Source of the DNA: Candidatus Latescibacterota bacterium
Lineage (GTDB): Bacteria > Latescibacterota > UBA2968 > UBA8231
Length of the DNA stretch: 64,000 nt
Assembly (NCBI GenBank): GCA_965197905.1
Contig: CBDAOB010000005.1
Coordinates: 800,524-864,523, forward strand
Reading direction: 5' to 3'
Both the position numbers and the translations under genes were made by a program. Below the pieces are notes generated by a model that saw only the letters and a list, made by a program, of their open reading frames with translations, had not been told where the DNA came from and ran no database searches. Shown here in pieces: positions 1 through 8,240 of the stretch (positions are counted from its first letter, which is position 1; each line of letters begins with the position of its first letter).

Positions 1-491
1 CACAGGCGCCACGGGATGCGGTGGGCGCCCCCAAAGTAGAGGTCGCGGACCGCCTCAGGCTCGTTGAGTACAAGCCATTCCGCCAGAATGGGATGAATGA
101 GCTCTGCCCAGTTGTTTTCGGGGCTGGCATAAAAAATGACCCCGGTGACCATCACCACGACCTTCTGCGCCACGCCGCGGTTGGGAATGTGCGTGGCTAT
201 AGCCATCATGATGAATATGACCACGAGCTCGCCGGGCCGTAGATGCCATCCGCGGTTGAGCAAGGCGAGGAATACCTGCACCGTCAGGAGCAGGACGAAG
301 AACAGGATAAAGGCAGCGGGTGTGCACGAGCTGAGGCCGATGCGCGACCCGTGAATCACGTTTATCGTGTAGGGGAGGATCAAGGCAACGCTCAACGCCG
401 AGAACGAGCCGATCACCAGACTGCGGGACGAAACGGCCCACCGATCGGTAGGATGCGACGAACCGCTCGTTTCGCTTTGGCGGGCGTTCAA
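1..491 (-). CDS. Polytopic membrane protein, paralogue A of the 4-copy uncharacterised family (N-terminal part only; the gene runs off the window start)
   Basis: Absent from the ORF track because it has no stop inside the window. The minus frame from TTG 489-491 reads MNARQSETSGSSHPTDRWAVSSRSLVIGSFSALSVALILPYTINVIHGSRIGLSSCTPAAFILFF...FYASPENNWAELIHPILAEWLVL. This is colinear with the N-termini of the 654-aa and 656-aa proteins at 33195-35159 and 44307-46277. The listed ORF 55-549(-) is the off-frame shadow. There is no in-frame ATG, so the start codon is uncertain. Confidence 0.8.
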   Translation of the reverse strand, partial: MNARQSETSGSSHPTDRWAVSSRSLVIGSFSALSVALILPYTINVIHGSRIGLSSCTPAAFILFFVLLLTVQVFLALLNRGWHLRPGELVVIFIMMAIATHIPNRGVAQKVVVMVTGVIFYASPENNWAELIHPILAEWLVLNEPEAVRDLYFGGAHRIPWRL

Positions 492-713
492 GGAGGCGCC
501 TTGTTGGCAAGTACCGAACCCTTTGGTCCGGAGGCGCGCTTCGTTGCATCTTGAGCCATCGCCCTACCCTTTTTTTCCGTTATTCGCCCAAAAAGCAGGC
601 CGGATTGGAGTTGCGGTGAGAGAATGTGATATTGGGGTAGGCTCTTGGTCAAGGAGGGCTCTTACCAGCAGATTATCTGTTGCGATGGACCTTGAAGCGC
701 CATCGATGGCGGA

Positions 714-2507
714 GTGTCTAATCCAACGACACAGTCGAAGGTGTCCGATATGAAGGGTCACTACAGTGCAGCTTATCAGCGCATCGAAGAGCTGATAGCC
801 TCGGAGAGATGCGCGATTCTCGACGGCGGCGTCACCACGGAGCTGCAGCACGTCGGACCGAAAGAACACCGCGTCAGCGACAAGGGTCTCTGGGGCACCG
901 GGGTGCTCTACCGCGAACCGTATGCTGCCCTCGAGGTGCATAAACGCTACGTCGCTGCCGGATGCGATATCATCTCGACCATTACCTGGGCGATTATGGA
1001 CGCCCAGGAGATGGAGACGCAACGCATGGTGGAACATTCCGAACTACGCCATTGGATGGACGTAGCGCGACTGGGGATCATGCTGGCACGCCAGGCGGTG
1101 GACGAAGGGGGGAGAAGTGGGGAGTGTGCGGTGGGTTTCAGTCTCAACGGCGACATCGTCGATCCACAGCGTCTGCACAGAATTCAGCTTCTGGCGCGGG
1201 TGTTTAAGGAGGATCCGCCGGATTTGATCCTGCTTGAGACGATGTCGCTGGTCCGCGAAGATCTGACCGCGCCGGCTGTGGAAATCATGTTGGAAACAGG
1301 TCTGCCCGTGTGGCTCAGTTTTCGCCGCTGCCGGCACGGGGTGTGCGGGATCCATGGCCAACACTGGGGCGGGCCGGAAGGAGACCTGTTCGGGCGCCAG
1401 GCAAGGCAATTCGAAGAAATGGGGGTCGGCGCTCTGTTGATCAACTGCCTGCCAATAGACCATGTGCCAGGAATGATATCCTGGCTGCGTGATTTTACGG
1501 AGATGCCCCTTGGAGCATACCCCAATCTTGGGCGCTATCTGGATCCGGGGTGGAAGTTCGACGACGAGGTGGGCCCGGAGGAGTATGCAAACCTGGCGTT
1601 GCAGTGGCGCGGGGAGGGCGCCCAGATCGTGGGTGGATGCTGCGGCGTGACCCCCGAACATATGGCTGTCGTGGGCACCAGGCTCGCCTCGACCAAACCG
1701 GGAAACCGAAACATCGCTGCTGCCCATCCTCTCGCCGGTCCTGCGGCCGCTTCCCAACATCTCGAATCGCCGCCGCTCACGCTCGAACCCTGGATCGATG
1801 AAAAGAGCAGGGTGCTGTACCCGCTCCCCCTTCCTGAGATCGTTTGTGACCCAGGAGTTTTTCCACCAACCCAGGGCAGTTTCCTAATGTGGAAGTACCT
1901 GTGGCAATCTGGAGCAACCACAGGCAAACGGTGTTTGGACGTCGGTTGCGGAACTGGAATCCTCAGTGTCCAATTGGCCTTGAACGGTGCCCAACACGTA
2001 GATGCGATTGACATTCAACCTCAAGCCGTCGCCAATATGCTGACAAACGCCTTTCGCAACGGCGTGGCCGAACGCATCAGTGGCAAGGTGGCCGATCTCT
2101 ACTCCTACATTCCGGAGGAGCGCTACGAGGTTGTCGTGGCGAGTCTTTACCAGATGCCGGTGGATCCCATGGGGGAAACGACCAGCCACCGGCCGGTGGA
2201 TTTTTGGGGTCGAAATCTGCTGGACCACCTGATATCGCTCCTGCCGGATATGCTGGAGGAGGACGGGGTGGCGTATGTGATGCAGATTTCAGTGTTGGGC
2301 CAACTGCGAACCGTTGAGTTATTGGAGCGCAGCGGATTCGGGTGCAAGGTGATCGATTTCAGCCTGTTTCACTTCGGACCCGTGTTCCAGGAAAACATCG
2401 AACAGATTCGGCGCGTCGAGGAACTTTCAGATGCGTATCACCTGAGTTTCGGGGAAGATGAGGTGATGGTTATGTACTTGCTCGAAATCAGAGGTCGCAA
2501 GAATTAG
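714..2507 (+). CDS. Fusion protein: homocysteine S-methyltransferase domain plus class I SAM-dependent methyltransferase domain
   Basis: 597-aa ORF starting at GTG 714 (alternative ATG 750). The N-terminal half has ILDGGVTTELQ, LLINCLP and VGGCCGVTPEHM, the Cys pattern of the Zn/Hcy-binding methyltransferase fold. The C-terminal half has CLDVGCGTGILSVQLALNGAQHVDAIDI (SAM motif I) in a small-methyltransferase layout, with SLYQMP where HemK-type enzymes have NPPY. Confidence 0.8.
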   Translation: MSNPTTQSKVSDMKGHYSAAYQRIEELIASERCAILDGGVTTELQHVGPKEHRVSDKGLWGTGVLYREPYAALEVHKRYVAAGCDIISTITWAIMDAQEMETQRMVEHSELRHWMDVARLGIMLARQAVDEGGRSGECAVGFSLNGDIVDPQRLHRIQLLARVFKEDPPDLILLETMSLVREDLTAPAVEIMLETGLPVWLSFRRCRHGVCGIHGQHWGGPEGDLFGRQARQFEEMGVGALLINCLPIDHVPGMISWLRDFTEMPLGAYPNLGRYLDPGWKFDDEVGPEEYANLALQWRGEGAQIVGGCCGVTPEHMAVVGTRLASTKPGNRNIAAAHPLAGPAAASQHLESPPLTLEPWIDEKSRVLYPLPLPEIVCDPGVFPPTQGSFLMWKYLWQSGATTGKRCLDVGCGTGILSVQLALNGAQHVDAIDIQPQAVANMLTNAFRNGVAERISGKVADLYSYIPEERYEVVVASLYQMPVDPMGETTSHRPVDFWGRNLLDHLISLLPDMLEEDGVAYVMQISVLGQLRTVELLERSGFGCKVIDFSLFHFGPVFQENIEQIRRVEELSDAYHLSFGEDEVMVMYLLEIRGRKN

Positions 2508-2687
2508 CCCAGACTCTATTTGCCGAGATCTTGTCTCGAACCAGGCGCTTACCCTATTTTTCGATGAGAACACGGAGGCTAGCGGAGTTCAATCTAAACC
2601 CCATGGGGAATCGGCTGAGGGGATTGCTTTCGCCATCTGACCGCGAGACCGGTCAGTCGCGCCCCGGATCCTAGAAAGGTGGTACAA

Positions 2688-3530
2688 ATGGAAAACGGAC
2701 ATCTACCGAGCACCAATGCCGACGGTGTGCCGATCGTTCCGATGACGGCGGCACAAAAATATCTTTTCGACTTGAAGGGGTGGATCTGCTTGCCGGCCCT
2801 CCTGACTACTGAGGAGCTTGAGCCGATTCTGGAGCACCAGTGGAAGTTCCTCAAGGAACCGGAGTCATTACCTCCGGAAGAGAGAAACGCTGTCGGCGGT
2901 CCGTCACAGATCCTCCTGGATCATCCCGTGATTGTGGGCATGCTCAATGAGGTTCTCTCCTACCAGCCCTTGGCCGACGAGAACTGCTACGGTTTTCGCT
3001 TCGAGCGTACGCGCACCGACCGCCGCACGTGCGATCGCGACTACTTCGAAGCCCACGGGGGCGCGGGTTATTTCAACTTCTGTGGCAACTCACACCTCTA
3101 TCAGATGCTGCCCAACAAGATCCACGCAGGCCTGACCAGAGTCGTCTGGGAGCTGAACGAAGTGCGGTCCGGCGACGGTACCCATCTGATCTCCGGCAGC
3201 CACAAGACCGCCTATGAGCGCGCGGACGAGATCTGCGGACGAGACAGCGATCTGTGGGAGACCTACGCCTGTCCACCGGGGTCGGTCATGATCTTCACCG
3301 AGGCGATCTGCCACACAGGGGTGAGGTGGGAAAATCAGGAGTGGGACCGCCTCAGTCTTTTTCACCTTTACAACACGGTCAACTCGCGCTGGGGTGCGCA
3401 CTCGGTTCCCCCGGAGGTAATCGCAACCATGCCGGAAAAGCGCCAGAGTCTCTTCCGCCCCGTCTACGTCGCCCGTGGCCCCGGGAATCGGGACAACCTG
3501 AAGTACGATGAGGCGACCTACGGCGTCTGA
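2688..3530 (+). CDS. PhyH-like Fe(II)/2OG oxygenase with an atypical H-x-G metal motif
   Basis: ATG 2688 lies 5 nt after AAAGGTGG; the ORF track starts at GTG 2679. PhyH layout: KGWICLPALLTTEELE near the N-terminus, SGDGTHLISGSHK (the PGSH-like strand) and the distal TEAICHTG. At the position where paralogues carry WH-x-D, this protein has EAHGGAG (His codon 3054-3056). Confidence 0.7.
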   Translation: MENGHLPSTNADGVPIVPMTAAQKYLFDLKGWICLPALLTTEELEPILEHQWKFLKEPESLPPEERNAVGGPSQILLDHPVIVGMLNEVLSYQPLADENCYGFRFERTRTDRRTCDRDYFEAHGGAGYFNFCGNSHLYQMLPNKIHAGLTRVVWELNEVRSGDGTHLISGSHKTAYERADEICGRDSDLWETYACPPGSVMIFTEAICHTGVRWENQEWDRLSLFHLYNTVNSRWGAHSVPPEVIATMPEKRQSLFRPVYVARGPGNRDNLKYDEATYGV

Positions 3531-4948
3531 TGCACCGGGAGCCAGGGGGTATTGTGGTTCCACTCCTCCAGGCGGCGGCGTGATGCCTCGGCCAGGTCGG
3601 ACTGCTGTGCGCTCCGGGCCAGGTTGTTCTGCTCGTACGGATCGGCGCGTAGATCGAAGAAGCAATAGCGATCATCGGCGATGGTCTGCCGGTCTTCGTC
3701 AAGCTGCACGCCGTAGAGGTGAGTCGGCGTGCGCAAACCGATCCACCATGTTTTACTCTTCTGTGCTCTGTCGGTCTCGATGAACGCCGCGTCGTCTTCG
3801 AGCACGTCACAGCTTCCGGTGATTATCGGTGCCAGGTTCCTTCCCTGCGCGCTTGGGGGCACCTCCCCGCCACACACTTCCAGCAACGTGGGCATCACGT
3901 CGATCATCTGGGCGACCTGGCCACTGTTTACCCGCGGCGCCCAGCGTCCCGGAGCGTGGAAGATCAAAGGGATGCGGATGGCCTCCTCGATGAGTTGGCT
4001 CTTGTTGAACAGGTGGTGGCTGCCCAGGTTGTCGCCGTGATCGGCTAGAAACACCACAATGGTGTCGTCGGCCAGTCCATGTCTCTGGAGGGCGGCTAAG
4101 AGCCGGCCCATCATGTCGTCGACCCAGGTGGTCAGACCATAGTAGAGAGCAGTCAGGTGCCGCAGGTCGAACCCTGCGGGCGGAGTGGTCGTGTGCGGCA
4201 GTTTCTCCTGGTAGTAGAGAAAGTCCCAGCAATAGATCTTGAACCAGTGCTCGTCGTAGGCCAGCTCGCCGTCCACATACACATTGGGTCTGAGGGGCAC
4301 TTCGTCGGGAGCGTAGATATTGAGGTAGTGTGCGGGCGCGTCCATCAGCGGCATGTGGGGTGGCGATATGCTGTAGAACAGGAAGAATGGTCGCTCCGTG
4401 CGCGCGCCCAGGTAGCTATCCACCCGCTCCGCCTCGAACTCCACGCTGAAGCCCTCCACTACCTCGCCCATGCCCGTGTTCTCGATGAAGGTCTGGCCCG
4501 TGTGGCGGTGGTGAACCCGCGGGAACAGGCTGTAGTCGAAACCGAGCAGGTGCGGTGCTGGCTGGATGTGCCACTTGCCGATCAGCGCGGTATCGTACCC
4601 CAGGTTCCTGAACTGCTCCGGCAGGGTGGGATCTACGAGCTGGTTCCGTTCCTGGAAGGGATACTCGTCCCGGAGGGGATCCGCGGGTGCTGCGTCCTTT
4701 CGGGTGCCATGGCGCGGGCTGCCCATACAGGTGCGGCTGTACTGACCGGAAATCAGGCACGAACGCGCCGGCGTACACACCGGATTGTTGGTGACGGCGT
4801 GCTCGAAACGCACGCCCTCCTGTGCCAGGTGGTCGAGATTCGGCGTGCGGATGACCGGATTGCCGTAGCAACCCACCTCAAAGGCGCGCAGCTGATCGCA
4901 CATGCAGACGACGACATTGGGTCTGTTGCTCACTGCATACCTCCGCAC
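3518..4948 (-). CDS. Cys-type (formylglycine) sulfatase, no signal peptide
   Basis: 476 aa. NVVVCMCDQLR...PVCTPARSCLISGQY contains the C-x-P-x-R sulfatase signature. The N-terminus MRRYAVSNRPNVVV runs straight into the catalytic core. It overlaps the convergent gene 2688-3530 by 13 nt and the upstream lipoyl-protein gene by 19 nt. Confidence 0.9.
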   Translation of the reverse strand: MRRYAVSNRPNVVVCMCDQLRAFEVGCYGNPVIRTPNLDHLAQEGVRFEHAVTNNPVCTPARSCLISGQYSRTCMGSPRHGTRKDAAPADPLRDEYPFQERNQLVDPTLPEQFRNLGYDTALIGKWHIQPAPHLLGFDYSLFPRVHHRHTGQTFIENTGMGEVVEGFSVEFEAERVDSYLGARTERPFFLFYSISPPHMPLMDAPAHYLNIYAPDEVPLRPNVYVDGELAYDEHWFKIYCWDFLYYQEKLPHTTTPPAGFDLRHLTALYYGLTTWVDDMMGRLLAALQRHGLADDTIVVFLADHGDNLGSHHLFNKSQLIEEAIRIPLIFHAPGRWAPRVNSGQVAQMIDVMPTLLEVCGGEVPPSAQGRNLAPIITGSCDVLEDDAAFIETDRAQKSKTWWIGLRTPTHLYGVQLDEDRQTIADDRYCFFDLRADPYEQNNLARSAQQSDLAEASRRRLEEWNHNTPWLPVHQTP

Positions 4949-5442
4949 GCAGCGCGCACCTCGTCTTCGGTGATTCTGCGGGCACCGCTCGAATCGCAGA
5001 GCTTCCGCCAGTCGACTCCGAGCTCCTCCGCCAGTCGGCGTGCCCGGGGACTGATTCTGTATCTTGATGTTTTAGGCCGCGCGGTAGCCGCTGGCTGCGG
5101 ATGTTCCTGTTCCGTCGCAGGCTCGACCCCAGGGACTGAGATCGGTTTCGGGTCAGGCGCGGAACTCGTCGCCGGCACCGCTGCGGGCGGCGACTCGCCT
5201 TCGGCCAGCAGATAGCCGAGAAGCGTACCGACGGCAACGGTCGCGCCCTCACCGGGAACACCGTCGGGGATGTGCAGAATGCCTTCGTCGAGCGATTCGA
5301 CCTGACTGAGGGCCTTGTCGCTCTCGACCGTAAAGAGAATCTCTCCCAGTCCGACGCGGTCGCCGTGTTTGACGAGCCACTCCACGAGGGTGCCCTCTTC
5401 CATGGTCCAGCCGAGACGGGGCATCGCGATTTCCACAGCCAT
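4930..5442 (-). CDS. Lipoyl-domain plus E3/E1-binding (PSBD) protein; E2 lacking the acyltransferase catalytic domain
   Basis: 170 aa. MAVEIAMPRLGWTMEEGTLVEW...TVESDKALSQVES is a lipoyl-lysine motif. It is followed by an Ala/Pro linker and ISPRARRLAEELGVDWRKL..SGARRITEDEV (PSBD). The ORF stops right after this domain. Confidence 0.85.
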   Translation of the reverse strand: MAVEIAMPRLGWTMEEGTLVEWLVKHGDRVGLGEILFTVESDKALSQVESLDEGILHIPDGVPGEGATVAVGTLLGYLLAEGESPPAAVPATSSAPDPKPISVPGVEPATEQEHPQPAATARPKTSRYRISPRARRLAEELGVDWRKLCDSSGARRITEDEVRAACGGMQ

Positions 5443-5456
5443 GAAGATTGCCCGCG

Positions 5457-6437
5457 CTATTCCTCAGCGAGGTGGCGGACGGCCTGCGCGATCTGTTCGG
5501 CCGACGGTACCACAGCACTCTCGAGTGGTGGGCTGTAGGGTGTCGGGGTGTGTACGCCGTTCAGCCGGCGCACCGGCGCATCCAGAGCGTCGAACCCCGT
5601 CTCCATCACCCGGGCAGCGATCTCGGAACCGATGCCGCATGGACCGAAAGCCTCGTCGACGACGAGCAATCGACCCGTCTTGTGCAGCGATGTCAGTATG
5701 GTATCCATGTCCAGTGGCGCGAGACACCTGGGATCGACGACCTCGACAGAGATGCCCTCATCGGCTAGCTGGTCGCATACGCCCAGCGTCTTCGGCACCA
5801 TGGGACCAAGGGCGACAACGGTTAGGTCAGCGCCTTCGCGACTGATCGCAGCCTGACCCAGCGCGATCTCGTACGCCTCCTCCGGCACGTCGCCACGACT
5901 GTTCAGCAGCGACTTGTGCTCCAGGAAGAGGACCGGATCGTCGCAGCTCAGGGCGGTGGCCATGAGCCCCTTGGCATCGTATGGGGTGGCCGGCAGCACG
6001 ACGCGGAAGCCGGGGACGTTCACAAACAGCGGGTAATAGCTGCCCGAGTGGTGCGTAGCGGCACCGCCGCCGACCCCGATGCAGCCGCGCAGCACGACGG
6101 GCATCTTGAGTCTGCCGCTGGACATATACTGGATCTTGGCGATCTGGTTCACCAGTTCGCCGACGGAGTCCAGCACGAAGTCGATGAACATGAAGTCGAC
6201 GACCGGTCGGGTGCCCGTCATGGCGGCACCGGTGCAGATGCCGACGAAGCCGCGCTCGCAGATCGGCGTGTCTCGCAGACGTCTGGCTCCGTGGCGCTCA
6301 AACAGGCCCGTCGTCGTTTTGAAGTTGCCGCCGCGCACGCCGATGCCCTCACCGAGCACGAAAATCGTCGGATCACGCTCCATCGCCGCGGTGAGCGCTT
6401 CGCGGGCCGCCTCGGTATAGGTGATTTCTCTGGTCAT
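5457..6437 (-). CDS. 2-oxoacid (pyruvate/acetoin-type) dehydrogenase E1 beta subunit
   Basis: MTREITYTEAAREAL...FVLGEGIG..GG.FKTT.GL...RLRDTPICE is the transketolase-like pyrimidine-binding module. The preferred start is ATG 6437, which overlaps the E1 alpha stop in an ATGA. Confidence 0.9.
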   Translation of the reverse strand: MTREITYTEAAREALTAAMERDPTIFVLGEGIGVRGGNFKTTTGLFERHGARRLRDTPICERGFVGICTGAAMTGTRPVVDFMFIDFVLDSVGELVNQIAKIQYMSSGRLKMPVVLRGCIGVGGGAATHHSGSYYPLFVNVPGFRVVLPATPYDAKGLMATALSCDDPVLFLEHKSLLNSRGDVPEEAYEIALGQAAISREGADLTVVALGPMVPKTLGVCDQLADEGISVEVVDPRCLAPLDMDTILTSLHKTGRLLVVDEAFGPCGIGSEIAARVMETGFDALDAPVRRLNGVHTPTPYSPPLESAVVPSAEQIAQAVRHLAEE

Positions 6438-7375
6438 TGGGAATCGTCGCTGTAGATGTGAGCGCTCACGGATTCCGGCGATGGCCATGGGCTGTCGGTG
6501 GCGAACTGCACGGCCTCGGCAATCTCCTCCGCCACCTCCCGATCGACGGCCTGAAGGGTGTCGGCGCCGACGCCTTCGTCTGCGAGTCTGCGCGCCAGGG
6601 CCTCAATGGGATCCCTGGCCTTCCAGGCGTCGATCTCTTCCTGGGTTCGGTAACCGCCATCGCCCATGCCCTCCGCGTGAGGGCGGGTGCGATAGGTGCG
6701 GCACTCGAGGAGGGTGGGCCCATCACCTCCGCGGGCGCGCGCCGCAGCTTCACCGGCCGCTTCGAATACCGCCAGAGCATCGTTGCCGTCCACTGCAACG
6801 GCCTCGATCCCGTAACCGCGCGCTCGAGCGGCGACGTCGGTGTTGCGGGCGGCGTAGTTGAAAGCCACTTCAGTGGCATACATGTTGTTCTCGCACACAA
6901 ACAGCACGGGCAATTCCCAGATGGCAGCCAGATTGAGTCCCTCGTGAAATGCGCCGTTGCCGACGCCGCCGTCACCGAAAAAAGCGACCCCGACGCGATC
7001 GCTTTCCAGCAGCTGAAACGAGTAGCCGGCGCCGGTGGCCTGCAGGATGCTGGGACCGACGATACCGCTCGTGCCCATCATGCCGATCTCGGGCGCGAAG
7101 AGGTGCATGCTGCCGCCGCGGCCAGCGGAACAGCCGGTTGCCCGCCCGAAGAGCTCGGCAATGAGCTGTCGCGGAGGAAGGCCTTTGGCCAGAGCGTGAC
7201 CGTGACCGCGATGCGTGCTGAACACGGCGTCGTCATCACGCAGATGGGCACAGACCCCGGCGGCGACGGCCTCCTGTCCGACGTAGGTGTGACAGGCGCC
7301 GGTGATCAAGCCCGCCTGATAGGACCGTGCCAGCTGCTCTTCACAGCGCCGGATCCGCACCATGGTGCGATACAT
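6434..7375 (-). CDS. 2-oxoacid dehydrogenase E1 alpha subunit (TPP-binding)
   Basis: 313 aa. Motifs: YRTMVRIRRCEE, HTYVGQEAVAAG, GRGGSMH, and FFGDGGVGNGAFHEGLNLAAIWELPVLFVCENNMYA (TPP motif). The equally long antisense ORF 6437-7408(+) has no motifs. Confidence 0.9.
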   Translation of the reverse strand: MYRTMVRIRRCEEQLARSYQAGLITGACHTYVGQEAVAAGVCAHLRDDDAVFSTHRGHGHALAKGLPPRQLIAELFGRATGCSAGRGGSMHLFAPEIGMMGTSGIVGPSILQATGAGYSFQLLESDRVGVAFFGDGGVGNGAFHEGLNLAAIWELPVLFVCENNMYATEVAFNYAARNTDVAARARGYGIEAVAVDGNDALAVFEAAGEAAARARGGDGPTLLECRTYRTRPHAEGMGDGGYRTQEEIDAWKARDPIEALARRLADEGVGADTLQAVDREVAEEIAEAVQFATDSPWPSPESVSAHIYSDDSQ

Positions 7376-7414
7376 GTCGAGGAGTGCATCTGTTGGATAT
7401 GGTCATGAGTGCAA

Positions 7415-8230
7415 TCAGCCTGTGATGCCCGGGCCACCGGGATAGGAAGCGCCGGCATTCATGGCGAGGTTGCCGCCGTCCACGGGCAGCAGTACACCCG
7501 TCACCCAGGCGGAGGCATCGGAGGCCAGGAAGATGGCCACACCCCTGACGTCGTCGGGTTGACCGAGCCTGCCGGTTTGGAATGCCCCGCAGCCACTGCT
7601 CTTCCATACGGGGTTCACGCTTCATGCGCTCCTGCACGTCGCGGCGTGCGCGTCAACGCCATCCTGCTCGCTCAGGTGGTGAACCCGCTTCTTCGACCAT
7701 TCGGTGCTGAGCTCGCGCGTCATCTGGGCAACAGATCCCATCGCCATGCTGTAAGCCGTGTGACCGCGTCCGAGAGCGGTGAGACTGGCGAGCGAGCCGA
7801 TGTTGATAATACTTCCGCGCCCGGCGGCAAGCATGCGTTTGCCGGCCTCCTGGCAGCAGAGGAAGCGTCCGATCGCCAGACCCTGAAACACCTGGAGCAA
7901 CTCCTCGGTCGATATCTCCTCCGGCGGTTTGAGAATGGCCTCGCCGGCGACGTTGGCGCAGATGTCCAGGCGGCCGAACTCGTTGTCGATGTGCTCGAAC
8001 ATCGGGCGGATCTGGTCCGGGTCCGAAACGTCGCAGCGCAGCGGCATTGCCCGGCGACCCAGCGCCTCGACCACGGCGGCGGTCTGTTGCGCCCCATCCT
8101 CGTTCAGGTCGGCGAGCACGAGATCGGCACCGACTTCGGCAAAGGCGAGAGACATGGCTCGACCGACGCCACGCGCCGCCCCCGAAACCAGAGCTACGCG
8201 GCCAGTTAGATCGAACAGCGCGTGTGACAT
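7415..8230 (-). pseudogene. Short-chain dehydrogenase/reductase interrupted by a single in-frame TGA (probable pseudogene)
   Basis: ORFs 7622-8230 and 7415-7618 are in the same frame, separated only by TGA (7622-7624) and one Ser codon. Together they give 272 codons. The N-terminus has TGRVALVSGAARGVG (Rossmann fold) and the C-terminus has GRLGQPDDVRGVAIFLASDASAWVTGVLLPVDGG. The catalytic YxxxK reads YSMAM (Lys to Met, codon 7739-7741). The IRVN..PG segment is degenerate (RVHHLSEQDG). Confidence 0.6.
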
Positions 8231-8240
8231 AAATACCTAA

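Noticed and set aside
492-713. A possible SAM- or cobalamin-type riboswitch upstream of the homocysteine-methyltransferase fusion.
   Set aside because: I could not find the conserved cores of the SAM-I, SAM-II, SAM/SAH or B12 riboswitches, nor a convincing multi-stem junction. The region is more simply a divergent promoter region.
6437-7408. Long antisense ORFs opposite real genes: 6437-7408(+), 4157-5215(+), 7409-8209(+), 11027-12118(+), 23638-24930(+), 36053-37303(+), 41354-42274(+), 59449-60237(+) and 60318-61517(-).
   Set aside because: The high GC content keeps shadow frames open. In each case the opposite strand carries unmistakable family motifs (TPP motif, Rossmann fold, SBP, HEAT, DUF1800, HpcH, DapA lysine). 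The shadow translations are Arg/Ala/Gly/Pro-rich with no motifs.
7622-7624. The in-frame TGA of the SDR read as a selenocysteine or otherwise recoded codon.
   Set aside because: The position is not a redox-active site of SDRs. The catalytic Lys is also lost and the flanking motif is degenerate. I saw no obvious stem-loop directly 3' of the TGA. A pseudogene or a sequencing error is more parsimonious.
7643-7663. The plus strand reads GVRVNAI, the classic SDR motif, exactly opposite the degenerate part of the minus-strand SDR. This suggested a small local inversion.
   Set aside because: Inverting any plausible segment does not restore correct SDR spacing or the following PG motif. The existing minus-strand RVHHLS already aligns to the RVN.LS position. 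The GGCGTGCGCGTCAACGCC stretch is nearly self-complementary, so the match is best explained as coincidence.
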